Under the pieces are notes generated by a model. That model saw nothing but the letters and a program-made list of their open reading frames with translations. It did not search any database and was not told the DNA's origin. The position numbers and the translations under genes were made by a program. Shown in pieces: positions 10,488-21,052 of a stretch of 64,000 nucleotides of DNA (positions within the stretch are counted from its first letter, which is position 1; the number at the start of each line of letters is the position of its first letter). The stretch is from an uncultured Gammaproteobacteria bacterium (GTDB lineage Bacteria; Patescibacteriota; Patescibacteriia; UBA9934; CAZDDW01), in assembly GCA_964504365.1 (NCBI GenBank), contig CAZDDW010000003.1:8031-72030 (forward strand), given 5' to 3'.

Positions 10488-10931
10488 CTATGCAATGCTT
10501 CCTCCAGCTTTTTCAATCTTCTCTTTTGCTGAAGCAGAAACCTTACACTCTTTGATGGTCAGCTTAGTTTTGATTTCACCATTTCCCAGAATCTTCACAC
10601 CGTTACGAACAGTAGAAACCAGACCTTTTTCTTTTAGAACACGTGGGTTAACCTCTGCGCCGTCTTTAAAGCTCTTAGCCAATTCTGAAACATTAACCAC
10701 CTCAGCCTTTGGATGAGGGCTCTTAAATCCACGTTTCTTAGGGATATTTAACATGATAAGACGTAATCCTTTCTTTTTCAAGCCCGCTTTTCCACCAGAA
10801 CGAGATCGCTGACCTTTTCGTCCACGACCAGAATATTTTCCTTTTGAAGCCCAACCACGACCAATACGCTTGCGGCTTTTCTTTGCTCCCTTACCAGGTT
10901 TCAGATTGTGTAGAGTAATTTCTTCAGCCAT
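10488..10931 (-). CDS. rplO: 50S ribosomal protein L15
   Basis: RIGRG..SGRGRKGQ, IPKKRGF, KIEKAGG. Confidence 0.95.
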   Translation of the reverse strand: MAEEITLHNLKPGKGAKKSRKRIGRGWASKGKYSGRGRKGQRSRSGGKAGLKKKGLRLIMLNIPKKRGFKSPHPKAEVVNVSELAKSFKDGAEVNPRVLKEKGLVSTVRNGVKILGNGEIKTKLTIKECKVSASAKEKIEKAGGSIA

Positions 10932-10933
10932 AT

Positions 10934-11581
10934 TTATTTATCAGACTTCTTCTCAGTCGTCTTTTTAGCAGGTTTCTTAGCTGCTGGTTTCTTCACCTCT
11001 CTCTTGACTTCCTTTTTTTCAGCCTTCTTCACCACAGCTTTTTCTTTATCGGTTTTTACACCTTCTGGTACGCGCAGTTCTCGCAATGCTTTCATTGTTG
11101 CATTGGCAATATTGATCTTATTGTTTGATCCAAGAATTTTCGCTGAAGCGTTTGGTACACCACCAAGCTCAAGCAACATGCGCATGGCACCACCAGCTTT
11201 CAGTCCAGTTCCTTTAGGCGCTGGCATTAACAAAACCTTGGCTGCACCAAACTTCATGTTAATGGCGTGTGGTAGTGTCTCTTCAATCATTGGAATATCA
11301 ACAATGTTTTTCTTGGCTTGTCGGAATGCTTTATCAACAGCAAGAGCAACGTCAGCACCTTTAGCTAAACCAACTCCAACACGACCCTTCTTGTCACCAA
11401 TTACTAAACAGGCGCGGAAGCGAAGCCGTTTACCACCAGCAGTAACTCGAGTAACTCGCGCTAGATCCAAAATCTTCTGCTCAAACTCCTTTGGTTCGCG
11501 CTTCATTCGTCGGCGTCCTTTGCCCCTAGGCTTTCCTTTAAAGCCCCCCTTCTTGAATGGTTGTTTCTTCTGTTCTGGCAT
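10934..11581 (-). CDS. rpsE: 30S ribosomal protein S5
   Basis: RVTRVTAGG, PAPKGTGL; Lys-rich tails. Confidence 0.96.
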   Translation of the reverse strand: MPEQKKQPFKKGGFKGKPRGKGRRRMKREPKEFEQKILDLARVTRVTAGGKRLRFRACLVIGDKKGRVGVGLAKGADVALAVDKAFRQAKKNIVDIPMIEETLPHAINMKFGAAKVLLMPAPKGTGLKAGGAMRMLLELGGVPNASAKILGSNNKINIANATMKALRELRVPEGVKTDKEKAVVKKAEKKEVKREVKKPAAKKPAKKTTEKKSDK

Positions 11582-11583
11582 AT

Positions 11584-11952
11584 TTAAAAGTCTAGTCCGG
11601 CTTCACGCGCTCCATCAGCCAGAGCTTTTACGCGACCGTGATATTTATAACTTCGTCGATCAAATACTGCCTTTTTGATGTCGGTCTTAACTGCTTTATC
11701 ACCAACAAGCTTTCCTACCATACCAGCCACCTCTACTGGTTTCTTGCCTTTTTTATCAGCATCAGCAATATCTTTATCAGAAGCGCTAACAATGGTTTTC
11801 TTAGTATTATCATCAATCAGTTGTGCAGAAATGTGGCGCAAGCTTCGAAATACGGCCAAACGTGGCTGTTCTTTTGTACCAGAAATCTTTGCTCGACTTC
11901 GTACCTGTCGACGCTTAGCAATTGATCGTTTTTTCAAAATTTTCTTACTCAT
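11584..11952 (-). CDS. rplR: 50S ribosomal protein L18
   Basis: PRLAVFRS, FDRRSYKYHGRVKALA. Confidence 0.96.
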   Translation of the reverse strand: MSKKILKKRSIAKRRQVRSRAKISGTKEQPRLAVFRSLRHISAQLIDDNTKKTIVSASDKDIADADKKGKKPVEVAGMVGKLVGDKAVKTDIKKAVFDRRSYKYHGRVKALADGAREAGLDF

Positions 11953-11953
11953 A

Positions 11954-12511
11954 TTATTCAGCAGTCTTAGCAGCTTTACCAGCCTTACGACGAATAACTT
12001 CATCACTATACTTGATCCCTTTTCCTTTATAAGGCTCTGGTTTGCGGATTTTACGCATCTCGGCAGCAATTTTTCCAACCAGTTGTCGATCGATTCCAGA
12101 AACAATAACGTTGTTTTTCTCAATCTTCACATCAATTCCTTCTGGAATCTTGAATTCAACTGGATGTGAATAACCAACTTCGAAAACAACATCTTTTCCT
12201 TTCATGTTTACTTTATAACCAACACCAACAACTTCAAGAGACCTTGAAAAACCTTCAGTCACTCCCGAAACCATATTCGCAATCAGTGCACGAGTGGTTC
12301 CCCACATAGCAATTGCTTCCTTGTCAGCAGTGTCAGTTGCTTTAACTTCAATTATTTTTTCACCATCAGCTTCACCTAAAACAACTTCAGACTTATTATG
12401 AATATCCATTTCTAAAGCACCCTTAGGACCCTTAACAAAAATATGCTTGTCCTCGAGCTTCACTTCAACACCCTCTGGAATTGTGATTGGTTTTTTTCCA
12501 ACTCGAGACAT
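11954..12511 (-). CDS. rplF: 50S ribosomal protein L6
   Basis: MSRVGKKPI, PEPYKGKGI. Confidence 0.97.
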   Translation of the reverse strand: MSRVGKKPITIPEGVEVKLEDKHIFVKGPKGALEMDIHNKSEVVLGEADGEKIIEVKATDTADKEAIAMWGTTRALIANMVSGVTEGFSRSLEVVGVGYKVNMKGKDVVFEVGYSHPVEFKIPEGIDVKIEKNNVIVSGIDRQLVGKIAAEMRKIRKPEPYKGKGIKYSDEVIRRKAGKAAKTAE

Positions 12512-12512
12512 A

Positions 12513-12905
12513 TTAGTAAATTTCACAAATTACTTCCCCACCCAAATGTCGCTTTCGGGCTTCTTTGTTAGTCATCAAGCCATTCGGTGTTGAAACAATC
12601 GCCATACCCATTCCTGATAAAACATTTGGTAACTCATTATGCTTTGCATAGACCCGACGCCCAGGCTTACTGACTCGGCTCAACTTGGCAATAACTGGGG
12701 TAGCATCTTGGTACTTCAATTCAATTCGCAAAACAGCAAATTTCTCATCAGTGTCTTTTTCTACTTTTCCAAGATATCCTTCACGCTCCAAAATCTTTGC
12801 GATACTGTACTTCATATTTGAGTACGGCAAAACCACTTCCGGCTTTTTCACAGCCGATGCGTTACGAATTCTTGTTAACATGTCTGAAATTGGATCTGTA
12901 ATCAT
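12513..12905 (-). CDS. rpsH: 30S ribosomal protein S8
   Basis: DPISDMLTRIRNA, SKPGRRVY. Confidence 0.97.
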   Translation of the reverse strand: MITDPISDMLTRIRNASAVKKPEVVLPYSNMKYSIAKILEREGYLGKVEKDTDEKFAVLRIELKYQDATPVIAKLSRVSKPGRRVYAKHNELPNVLSGMGMAIVSTPNGLMTNKEARKRHLGGEVICEIY

Positions 12906-12906
12906 A

Positions 12907-13092
12907 TTACCAACTTGATTTTTTGACGCCCGGAATCTGGCCTTTATTAGCTAACTCTCGGAAACAGATTCGACACAACTTAAAGTCGCGCATGTAACCA
13001 CGCTGACGACCACACTTCCAACAACGTCGAACGTGTCGAGTCGAAAACTTTGGTTGCTTCTTTGATTTAGCTTTCTGGTTTTCAGTAGCCAT
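12907..13092 (-). CDS. rpsZ: 30S ribosomal protein S14 type Z
   Basis: RCWKCGR...LCRICFRE, zinc form. Confidence 0.95.
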   Translation of the reverse strand: MATENQKAKSKKQPKFSTRHVRRCWKCGRQRGYMRDFKLCRICFRELANKGQIPGVKKSSW

Positions 13093-13094
13093 AA

Positions 13095-13640
13095 TTACTT
13101 GTCTTTCTTAAACGGAAATCCGAGTTTTGTAAATAATGCCATTCCTTGGGCGTAATCTGGAGCAGTAGTAGTAACATTAACTTCTAGCCCGTGAATTGTC
13201 TCAATTTCATCTGGTCTAATCTCAGGAAAAGCAACATGCTCTTTAAATCCGTATGAAAAATTTCCATTCTTATCAACTGCTTTTGGACCGATACCACGAA
13301 AGTCACTAACACGTGGGAAGGTGATATTAACTAACTTGTCTAAAAATGCCCACATCTGATTACCACGTAAGGTAACTTTCAATCCAACCACGTTCCCTTC
13401 ACGGATCTTGAAACCAGCAATTGATTTACGTGCTTTTGTCTGAACTGGTTTTTGTCCACTGATACGATTCAAAGTATCTTCAACAATCGCAATGTAACCT
13501 GAATCCTTATACTTTTCACCAAGACCAACATTTAAAGTCACCTTCTCAATTTTAGGAACAGACATTATATTTGCATATCCAAACTCTTCCTTCAAAACAG
13601 GCAAAACTTCTTTCTTGTATTTGTCTTTCAAATTCTCCAT
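13095..13640 (-). CDS. rplE: 50S ribosomal protein L5
   Basis: [22 protein letters not shown]. Confidence 0.96.
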   Translation of the reverse strand: MENLKDKYKKEVLPVLKEEFGYANIMSVPKIEKVTLNVGLGEKYKDSGYIAIVEDTLNRISGQKPVQTKARKSIAGFKIREGNVVGLKVTLRGNQMWAFLDKLVNITFPRVSDFRGIGPKAVDKNGNFSYGFKEHVAFPEIRPDEIETIHGLEVNVTTTAPDYAQGMALFTKLGFPFKKDK

Positions 13641-13641
13641 A

Positions 13642-13968
13642 TTATTCAACGTCTTCTACTTTACCTTTTGAACGAATAACTCGCACTTTCTGCTTCTTAC
13701 CATCTTTCTCTAACAACTTATAACCAACCCGACCGCTAGTTCCGGTCTTTGCAGAAATTAATTTAACATTCGAAACATGCATCGGTGCTGGGAACTGGAT
13801 CTTCTGACCAGACTGTCCCCGTTGACGTGTTCGTAAGTGTCGAGTTGCTAAATTAATTCCTTCAATTACAATTCTCTCTTGCTTAGGAAATACCTGAAGC
13901 ACTTTTCCCTCTTTGCCTTTCTCTTTACCAGCAATCACTTTTACTTTGTCACCTGTTTTAATCTTCAT
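13642..13968 (-). CDS. rplX: 50S ribosomal protein L24
   Basis: KTGDKVKVIAGKEKGKEG KOW motif. Confidence 0.96.
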   Translation of the reverse strand: MKIKTGDKVKVIAGKEKGKEGKVLQVFPKQERIVIEGINLATRHLRTRQRGQSGQKIQFPAPMHVSNVKLISAKTGTSGRVGYKLLEKDGKKQKVRVIRSKGKVEDVE

Positions 13969-13972
13969 ATCT

Positions 13973-14344
13973 TTAAAGCACTTCCGGGGCTAATGAAATA
14001 ATTTTATTATATCCAGCCGCACGTAGTTCGCGGGCCACAGGTCCAAAAATACGAGTCGCTTTTGGTTCCTTGGTCTTCTTGTCAATAATCACTGCTGAAT
14101 TTTCATCAAAACGAATATATGATCCATCTTTTCGACGAGTCTCTTTTCTTGTTCGTACCATCACAGCATGGATAACATCACCTTTTTTTACAGCCGAATG
14201 AGGCACAGCCTCTTTAACTGAAGCGGTAACAACATCACCAATCACAGCATAGCGCTTTTTATATCCACCAAGAACTCGAATAACCTTGAGCTTTTTAGCC
14301 CCACTGTTATCAGCTACATTTAACATTGTCTCTTCCTGAACCAT
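13973..14344 (-). CDS. rplN: 50S ribosomal protein L14
   Basis: [25 protein letters not shown]. Confidence 0.97.
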   Translation of the reverse strand: MVQEETMLNVADNSGAKKLKVIRVLGGYKKRYAVIGDVVTASVKEAVPHSAVKKGDVIHAVMVRTRKETRRKDGSYIRFDENSAVIIDKKTKEPKATRIFGPVARELRAAGYNKIISLAPEVL

Positions 14345-14346
14345 AT

Positions 14347-14601
14347 TTAACTTACTTTTTTTACAAATCGCCAACACTTATCTTTTGACATTGGTCGACA
14401 TTCTTCAAAAATAATCTTGTCACCCTCAACCAGTTCGTTCTTTTCATCATGTACCTTATACTTCGCACTACGCACATATCGTTTGTGATATTTTGAATGC
14501 TCAACAGTTCGGTCAACCCGAACCAAGGCTGTCTTTTCCATCTTGTTTCCGACAACTTCTCCAGTCAAACGACGACGTTGTGTTTTCTTTTCTTCAGACA
14601 T
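14347..14601 (-). CDS. rpsQ: 30S ribosomal protein S17
   Basis: [19 protein letters not shown]. Confidence 0.95.
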   Translation of the reverse strand: MSEEKKTQRRRLTGEVVGNKMEKTALVRVDRTVEHSKYHKRYVRSAKYKVHDEKNELVEGDKIIFEECRPMSKDKCWRFVKKVS

Positions 14602-14604
14602 AGA

Positions 14605-14790
14605 TTATTTACTTTGATTCAAAGCAGTTTTAATCTTAGCAATTAACTGCTTGGTTTCCCGTACCTGGCGCACCTGTTTCAGCTGGTTCGAAGCCAGTTT
14701 AAACTTGAGCTCTCGTAATTTAGCCCGAGCCTCAACCAACATTTTGTCCAGATCCTCTTTAGTTTTTCCTTTAAATTCTTTGATCTGCAT
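14605..14790 (-). CDS. rpmC: 50S ribosomal protein L29
   Basis: Position between rplP and rpsQ; LRELKF..IAKIKT. Confidence 0.9.
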   Translation of the reverse strand: MQIKEFKGKTKEDLDKMLVEARAKLRELKFKLASNQLKQVRQVRETKQLIAKIKTALNQSK

Positions 14791-14792
14791 AA

Positions 14793-15206
14793 TTAGAAAC
14801 GGGTAACAACTTTTGTTTTAACTGGCAACTTGTGAGAGGCCAAACGCAGCGCTTCACGAGCCACATCATCGGGCACACCATCGATCTCGAACATAACTGT
14901 CCCTGGTCGAACTGGAGTGATATAGTGATCTACCCCACCTTTTCCTTTACCCATTGGCACCTCAGCACCTTTCGCAGTCACTGGATGATCCGGAAAAATT
15001 CGAATCCAGATCGAACCACCACGCTTGACGTGACGTGTCATTGCACGACGTGCTGCTTCAATCTGGCGCGAAGTTACCCAAGATTCAGTAACTGCCTTCA
15101 AACCTAATTTACCAAAAGCCAACCGGGTCTTGCTGGTTGCAATCCGTTTTCCACTGGCACGTCCTTTGTGCCATTTTCGGTGCTTCATTTTCTTAGGCAT
15201 CAACAT
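14793..15206 (-). CDS. rplP: 50S ribosomal protein L16
   Basis: QIEAAR, WIRIFP, MGKGKG. Confidence 0.97.
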   Translation of the reverse strand: MLMPKKMKHRKWHKGRASGKRIATSKTRLAFGKLGLKAVTESWVTSRQIEAARRAMTRHVKRGGSIWIRIFPDHPVTAKGAEVPMGKGKGGVDHYITPVRPGTVMFEIDGVPDDVAREALRLASHKLPVKTKVVTRF

Positions 15207-15208
15207 AA

Positions 15209-15862
15209 TTATTTGTCAGTTTTTTTCTCAAAAACTTCTCCACGATTAATCCAAATCTTAATTCCGATAGTTCCATATGTAGTCCAGGCACGCACACGAG
15301 CAAAATCAATGTCAGCACGCAAATTATGCAACGGAATACATCCTTGCGACAACTGCTCAGTTCGAGCAATGTCTGCTCCATTCAAACGACCGGCCACAGC
15401 AATTTTAACTCCTTTAGCCCCACCCTTCATTACTCGCTCGATTGTCTGTTTCATTGAGCGACGGAAAGGCAAACGCTTTTCAAGATCGTCACGAATCTGT
15501 TGACCAACAATTGAAGCAGACAACGATGGCTTAGCCACTTCCTGTACATTTAAATTCAGATTAACTCTTCGTCCACGGAAAAACTGTCCCATGACCTTTT
15601 TCTTCAAATCTTCAATACCAGCCCCTGAACGACCAATGATAAATCCCGGCTTGGCAGAATGAATAGTAACAGTAATATTCTGAGTATTTCTTTCAATGGC
15701 CACGTGATCAACTGCTGCATCTTTCAGCTTCTTTTCTAAGAAAGTACGGATCTTGTGATCTTCCTCAAGTAACTTTGGGTAATCCTTTTTTGCAAACCAA
15801 TTAGAATCCCAACCACGAGTTGTGGGAATACGGAATACCTTTGGGTGTACTTTCTGAGACAT
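15209..15862 (-). CDS. rpsC: 30S ribosomal protein S3
   Basis: [27 protein letters not shown]. Confidence 0.97.
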   Translation of the reverse strand: MSQKVHPKVFRIPTTRGWDSNWFAKKDYPKLLEEDHKIRTFLEKKLKDAAVDHVAIERNTQNITVTIHSAKPGFIIGRSGAGIEDLKKKVMGQFFRGRRVNLNLNVQEVAKPSLSASIVGQQIRDDLEKRLPFRRSMKQTIERVMKGGAKGVKIAVAGRLNGADIARTEQLSQGCIPLHNLRADIDFARVRAWTTYGTIGIKIWINRGEVFEKKTDK

Positions 15863-15864
15863 AA

Positions 15865-16317
15865 TTACTTAGTTGATTTGCTTGTTTTCTTAGTCGTTTC
15901 TTTCTTTTTTTCTACTTTCTTTACTGCTTTTTTTACAGCTGGCTTCTTCACATTTTTCTTAACCTCAGTCTTCTTTTCAGCTTTCTCTTTTTCATCTAGG
16001 ACAACGGTAATGTGGGTGGTACGCTTGCGAATCGGAGCCGCTCGGCCTCGAGCCCTTGGCTTGAAACGTTTCAAAGTAGGACCTCCGTCGGCTTTAATGG
16101 TCTTAACAAATAGATCACCTGGTTTCAGTTTAAAGTTATGTTCAGCATTTGCAGCAGCCGAATTAATCAACTTGAGCACTGGCAAAGCTGCAGCCTTATT
16201 CATAAACGTCAGCTGACTTTGTGCCTCAGCCAAATCCATGCCTCTAACAACATCAATCACCAACCGCACTTTTCGCGGTGACATTCTGATATATCTTGCT
16301 TTAGCTGAAACTTCCAT
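15865..16317 (-). CDS. rplV: 50S ribosomal protein L22
   Basis: SPRKVRLV, SAAANA, PRARGRA; Lys-rich C-terminal tail. Confidence 0.96.
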   Translation of the reverse strand: MEVSAKARYIRMSPRKVRLVIDVVRGMDLAEAQSQLTFMNKAAALPVLKLINSAAANAEHNFKLKPGDLFVKTIKADGGPTLKRFKPRARGRAAPIRKRTTHITVVLDEKEKAEKKTEVKKNVKKPAVKKAVKKVEKKKETTKKTSKSTK

Positions 16318-16319
16318 AA

Positions 16320-16595
16320 TTATTTCTGACCTTTGGCCATTTTACCTCCATGACTTACAAACTTTCTTGTCTGAGCAAATTCACCTAATTTATGTCCAAC
16401 CATATTCTCAACGATTCGTATTGGCACATGCGTTCGACCGTTATGCACACCGATAGTAAAACCTACCATTTCTGGAGTAATACTAGAAGCACGAGCCCAA
16501 GTCTTAATTACAGTAGTATCACCTGGTTTCAAGGCTTGAATCTTCTTTAATAGTTTGGCGTCCACATAAGGACCTTTTTTCAAACTTCGTGACAT
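16320..16595 (-). CDS. rpsS: 30S ribosomal protein S19
   Basis: [18 protein letters not shown]. Confidence 0.97.
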   Translation of the reverse strand: MSRSLKKGPYVDAKLLKKIQALKPGDTTVIKTWARASSITPEMVGFTIGVHNGRTHVPIRIVENMVGHKLGEFAQTRKFVSHGGKMAKGQK

Positions 16596-16599
16596 ATCA

Positions 16600-17439
16600 T
16601 TATCGGCGTCGTTTCTTACGTCGCTGCAAAATTAACTTATCTGATGTTTTCTTTCGTCGAGTCTTTACACCCAAGGCCGGCTTTCCAGTCGGGGTCTTTG
16701 GATGTTTCAAACCAATTGGGTTACTTCCTTCTCCACCTCCGTGCGGGTGATCTACTGGGTTCATTACTTTACCACGAACAGTTGGTCTAATACCTCGATG
16801 ACGCATCCTACCAGCTTTTCCCCAACGAATCAAACGTCGATCCGGATTTGAGGTCTGCCCAATGGTAGCCATACAAGATCGTGGAACCATACGCACTTCA
16901 CCTGAAGGTAGTTTCAAAGTCGCGTTCTTTCCTTCAACTGCCATGATCTGAGCTGTTGTTCCAGCACCACGCACCATCTGCCCACCTTTTCCAGGTTCAA
17001 TCTCAATGTTATAAACACCAATTCCCGCCGGAATATTCTCGATTGGGAAACGATTTCCTACTTTGATCTCACCTTTATTCTTTGAACTTACAACTTTGTC
17101 TCCTACTTTCAAACCAATCGGAGCAACCATATACTTCTTATCACCATCAGCATACTGCAACAAGGCAATTCGAGCACCACGTCCTGGATCATACTCGATT
17201 GAAGCCACGGTTGCTGGAACATCAAACTTTGTACGTTTAAAATCGATAACACGGACGTGGCGTTTTGCACCACCGCCACGGTGACGAACAGTAATCTTTC
17301 CCTGAGAGTTTCGTCCAGCCTGCTGTTTTCGTTTCTTTAACAAAGACTTCTCAGGTTTCTTTTTGGTAATATCAGAAAAGGTGTCAACGCTAGAAATACG
17401 TCGTCCCGGAGTAGTTGGTTTGTATTTTCTAATAGCCAT
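16600..17439 (-). CDS. rplB: 50S ribosomal protein L2
   Basis: [18 protein letters not shown]. Confidence 0.98.
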   Translation of the reverse strand: MAIRKYKPTTPGRRISSVDTFSDITKKKPEKSLLKKRKQQAGRNSQGKITVRHRGGGAKRHVRVIDFKRTKFDVPATVASIEYDPGRGARIALLQYADGDKKYMVAPIGLKVGDKVVSSKNKGEIKVGNRFPIENIPAGIGVYNIEIEPGKGGQMVRGAGTTAQIMAVEGKNATLKLPSGEVRMVPRSCMATIGQTSNPDRRLIRWGKAGRMRHRGIRPTVRGKVMNPVDHPHGGGEGSNPIGLKHPKTPTGKPALGVKTRRKKTSDKLILQRRKKRRR

Positions 17440-17441
17440 AA

Positions 17442-17885
17442 TTAAACACCTTCGTAAACATCAATTTTACTTCCTTTTGGCAAAGTAACGATTGCTTTTT
17501 TCCAGGCCTTTCGCTTTCCACGAACTCGACCAAAACGAACAGCTTTACCAGCATAATTCTGAACGTTCACCCTAACTGGCAAAACACCGTACAATTCCTT
17601 TACTGCATTACGAATCTGGATCTGGTTAGCATCTGGATGTACTACGAAAACATACTGATTAGCATGAGCCAAAATTGCTGCCTTCTCTGTAATATGTGGC
17701 CGAACGATCACACGATCAGTCTGCTCAGAAACCATTTTCTTTGATTTTGTGGTTGCAGCCTTTCCTTTCTTGGTCTCCTTTTTCTTTTCTTCTTTTGCAA
17801 CCTTAACCTCTTCTGCCTTCTTCTGCGGGGCAGCTTCCAGTGCTTCCTTCTCGTTCTTTTTCTTGAAAATATTCTTCAAAGCCAT
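17442..17885 (-). CDS. rplW: 50S ribosomal protein L23 with N-terminal extension
   Basis: [15 protein letters not shown]. Confidence 0.93.
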   Translation of the reverse strand: MALKNIFKKKNEKEALEAAPQKKAEEVKVAKEEKKKETKKGKAATTKSKKMVSEQTDRVIVRPHITEKAAILAHANQYVFVVHPDANQIQIRNAVKELYGVLPVRVNVQNYAGKAVRFGRVRGKRKAWKKAIVTLPKGSKIDVYEGV

Positions 17886-17886
17886 A

Positions 17887-18519
17887 TTACTTGCTATAAG
17901 TCTTGTGCAAAATATCAATCGTGTCTTTAGCAACCAAGATATAGTCGTGTCCCAAAATTTCTAAAACATTCAAACTTCCAGCACCCAGTGTATCGACCTT
18001 AGGGACATTCTTAATTGCTCGCTTGATCTCAACATTGCTTGGATCTGTAATCACCAAAGTCTTTTTCCCAGATACAGGCAATTTTTCATAAAATTCAACA
18101 AACATCTTAGTCTTCACTTCTGGCAATTTCAATGAATCAACAACAATAAATTTTTCATGAGCAACCTTGTCAGTCAAAACCATACTTAATGCCTTTTGCC
18201 GCACCTTCTTATTCACTTTTTTTGTAAAATTTCGAACATTACGTGGGCCAAATGTAACTCCACCACCTTTCCAAAGTGGAGAACGAATAGAACCAGCACG
18301 GGCACGCCCAGTTCCTTTCTGTCGCCAAGGCTTTCGACCACCACCACGCACTTCACCACGTGTCTTGGTGTGAGCAATCGGATCACGCGCACCAGCCTCA
18401 AGAGCAACAACAACCTCATGAATCAGGGCTTTATTTGCAGCAACCTCAAACAACTCAGGTTTCAATTCAACCTCACCACTAGCTTTTCCTTCTGCATTGT
18501 ATACTTTAACCTTAGCCAT
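17887..18519 (-). CDS. rplD: 50S ribosomal protein L4
   Basis: TKTRGEVRGGGRKPWRQKGTGRAR. Confidence 0.97.
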   Translation of the reverse strand: MAKVKVYNAEGKASGEVELKPELFEVAANKALIHEVVVALEAGARDPIAHTKTRGEVRGGGRKPWRQKGTGRARAGSIRSPLWKGGGVTFGPRNVRNFTKKVNKKVRQKALSMVLTDKVAHEKFIVVDSLKLPEVKTKMFVEFYEKLPVSGKKTLVITDPSNVEIKRAIKNVPKVDTLGAGSLNVLEILGHDYILVAKDTIDILHKTYSK

Positions 18520-18521
18520 AT

Positions 18522-19148
18522 TTAGTTACCCCAAAGAGTTTTACCAACACGCCCACGAATCATTAATACAGTATTTCGCGCACCTGGAACAGCACCCTTA
18601 ATTGCTAAAATATTATTCTTTGCATCAACTGCAGCAATTTCTAAATTCTTCACAGTCACTCGATCTCCACCCATTCGACCACCCATACGCTTTCCTTTCA
18701 AAACACGCTGTGGACCTTGGGCACCAATTGAACCTGGCATACGCAACTGATCTTTGTGACCGTGTGAAGCCGGACTTCCGTGGAAACCATGGCGTTTAAC
18801 AACACCCTGAAATCCTTTTCCTTTTGATTCTCCAACCACATCAACTTTGTCACCTTCTTCAAAAACAGAAACGTTAATCTTGTCTCCTTGTTTCAATTCA
18901 GTTTCATCTACTCGAAATTCACGTGTCATAGCAACTGGCCCCACCTCTTTAGCACGAGCCTGTTGTGGTTTAGCAACTTTCTTGGTCTGACCATAACCGA
19001 TCTGAACAGCAGTATAACCATTCTTGTCTTCAGTTTGCACACCAGTTACCACACATGGTCCAGCCTGAACCAAGGTCACAGGAATTACTGTGCCATCTTC
19101 CTTGAAGATCTGGGTCATTTCAATTTTCTTACCAAGAATGAATTTCAT
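18522..19148 (-). CDS. rplC: 50S ribosomal protein L3
   Basis: GKKIEMTQ, SKGKGFQGVVKR, IKGAVPG. Confidence 0.97.
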   Translation of the reverse strand: MKFILGKKIEMTQIFKEDGTVIPVTLVQAGPCVVTGVQTEDKNGYTAVQIGYGQTKKVAKPQQARAKEVGPVAMTREFRVDETELKQGDKINVSVFEEGDKVDVVGESKGKGFQGVVKRHGFHGSPASHGHKDQLRMPGSIGAQGPQRVLKGKRMGGRMGGDRVTVKNLEIAAVDAKNNILAIKGAVPGARNTVLMIRGRVGKTLWGN

Positions 19149-19359
19149 ATATAACTGACTAACATAAAAGTCAGAAGTTGTGCCACGAACTAAATTCATA
19201 GAACAGCTTCTGACCCATGCGAGCAAATGGGTTTTCCTAACTTATTTATTTGAATTCCTTTCTTCTACCCAACCCTCAAAGCCCAAGGAGGTTTTCGCCA
19301 TTAGCCCGTCAATAAGCACGCGATCTTTCTCCTTCGTTTTTAGATTGGTGTTCCTCCAA
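19149..19359 (-). promoter_or_regulatory. Structured rpsJ-rplC intergenic leader, candidate attenuator
   Basis: Long G-U-containing stem 19170-19214 followed by a U-tract; overlapping alternative hairpins. Confidence 0.5.
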
Positions 19360-19692
19360 CTACATTTTAATCTCTACATCCACGCCAGCTGGCAAATTCA
19401 GACTCATCAATGAATCAATGGTTTTTTCACTAGGATTGATAATATCAATCAATCGTTTGTGAACTCGCATTTCATATTGATCACGTGCTGTCTTGTGAAC
19501 GAAAGTTGATTTATTGACCGTGTACTTACGTTTCTCAGTTGGCAATGGTACCGGACCAAGAATCTTAGCACCAGTTCGCTCAGCCGTCTTGATAATAGTC
19601 TGAGTAGCCTGGTCAATAATCTTGTGGTCGTAAGCTCGAATCTTAATTCGGATTCTTTGCTTTACATCGTTTTGTGTTTTTTCTGTTGGCAT
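19360..19692 (-). CDS. rpsJ: 30S ribosomal protein S10 (NusE)
   Basis: [27 protein letters not shown]. Confidence 0.97.
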   Translation of the reverse strand: MPTEKTQNDVKQRIRIKIRAYDHKIIDQATQTIIKTAERTGAKILGPVPLPTEKRKYTVNKSTFVHKTARDQYEMRVHKRLIDIINPSEKTIDSLMSLNLPAGVDVEIKM

Positions 19693-19722
19693 GTGTTTAG
19701 GGAAAGAACAGGTCAAAACCTT

Positions 19723-19749
19723 AAGGAGGGCGATTTTACTCGCCCTCCT
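19723..19749 (-). terminator. GC-rich hairpin between tuf and rpsJ
   Basis: aggagggcga...tcgccctcct inverted repeat. Confidence 0.5.
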
Positions 19750-19757
19750 GGTTTATA

Positions 19758-20945
19758 TTAATTGATAACTTTGGTTACAACTCCAGCTCCTACAGTTCGT
19801 CCACCTTCACGGATAGCAAAGCGCTGTTTTTCCTCAAGAGCAATCGGCTGAATCAACTTAACTGTAACATTAACCTCATCTCCAGGCATAACCATTTCTA
19901 CTCCGTCTGGCAAAGTAACTTCACCGGTAACATCAGAGGTTCGTGTGAAAAACTGTGGCTTGTATCCTTTGAAGAATGGCTTGTGTCGTCCACCCTCTTC
20001 TTTGGTCAAAGCATATACCTGAGCTTCAAACTCTGTGTGTGGAGTAACTGAACCTGGTTTAGCCAAAACCTGTCCGCGCTCAACCTCGTCTTTCTTAGTA
20101 CCACGCAGCAAAATTCCAGCATTATCACCAGCCTGTCCCTGATCAAGAGTTTTGTTAAACATCTCAACACCAGTAACAGTTGTTTTTGTAGTCTCCTTCA
20201 AACCAACCATTTCTACTTCTTCACTAACGTTTACAATACCACGCTCAATACGACCAGTAACCACAGTTCCTCGTCCCTCAATTGAGAAAACGTCTTCGAT
20301 AGGCATCAGGAATGGCTGATCAGTAGCACGTTCTGGCTCTGGAACATTTTCATCAAGAGCTGCTAGAAGATCTTTAATTGACTTTGTGGCTTCTTCATCA
20401 TCTGGATTCTCAAGAGCTTTCAAAGCAGAACCACGAATAATTGGAGTCTCATCACCTGGGAACTCATATTTCTTAAGCAAATCTCGGATCTCCTCCTCAA
20501 CAAGGTCAACCAATTCAGGATCATCAACCTGGTCAACTTTATTCATATAAACAACAATGGCAGGTACACCAACCTGACGAGCAAGCAAAATGTGCTCACG
20601 AGTCTGTGGCATAGGACCATCAGCAGCAGATACTACCAAAATAGCACCGTCCATCTGTGCAGCTCCAGTGATCATGTTCTTCACATAATCAGCGTGCCCT
20701 GGACAGTCAACGTGCGCGTAGTGGCGCTTTTCAGTTTCATATTCAACGTGAGCAGTAGCAATAGTAATTCCACGCTCTCGCTCCTCTGGTGCTTTGTCAA
20801 TCTGGTCAAAAGCTTTTGCTTGACCCTGACCCATATTAGCAGCAACCTGAGTAATAGCCGCAGTTAAAGTTGTTTTACCGTGGTCAACGTGACCAATAGT
20901 ACCAACGTTTACGTGCGGTTTTGATCGATCAAATGTTTCGGCCAT
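19758..20945 (-). CDS. tuf: Elongation factor Tu
   Basis: [25 protein letters not shown]. Confidence 0.99.
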   Translation of the reverse strand: MAETFDRSKPHVNVGTIGHVDHGKTTLTAAITQVAANMGQGQAKAFDQIDKAPEERERGITIATAHVEYETEKRHYAHVDCPGHADYVKNMITGAAQMDGAILVVSAADGPMPQTREHILLARQVGVPAIVVYMNKVDQVDDPELVDLVEEEIRDLLKKYEFPGDETPIIRGSALKALENPDDEEATKSIKDLLAALDENVPEPERATDQPFLMPIEDVFSIEGRGTVVTGRIERGIVNVSEEVEMVGLKETTKTTVTGVEMFNKTLDQGQAGDNAGILLRGTKKDEVERGQVLAKPGSVTPHTEFEAQVYALTKEEGGRHKPFFKGYKPQFFTRTSDVTGEVTLPDGVEMVMPGDEVNVTVKLIQPIALEEKQRFAIREGGRTVGAGVVTKVIN

Positions 20946-21052
20946 AAATTTGGCTAAAAATAGTAATTAATTCTAAGAAAATAGATTCTAAATGAATGCG
21001 GGCAATAGTATAACAGATACCTTAAAATAATGCAAGTCTAAATAAAGGGGAA

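Noticed and set aside
11004-12169. Plus-strand ORFs of 224 and 164 aa
   Set aside because: Antisense to rpsE, rplR and rplF.
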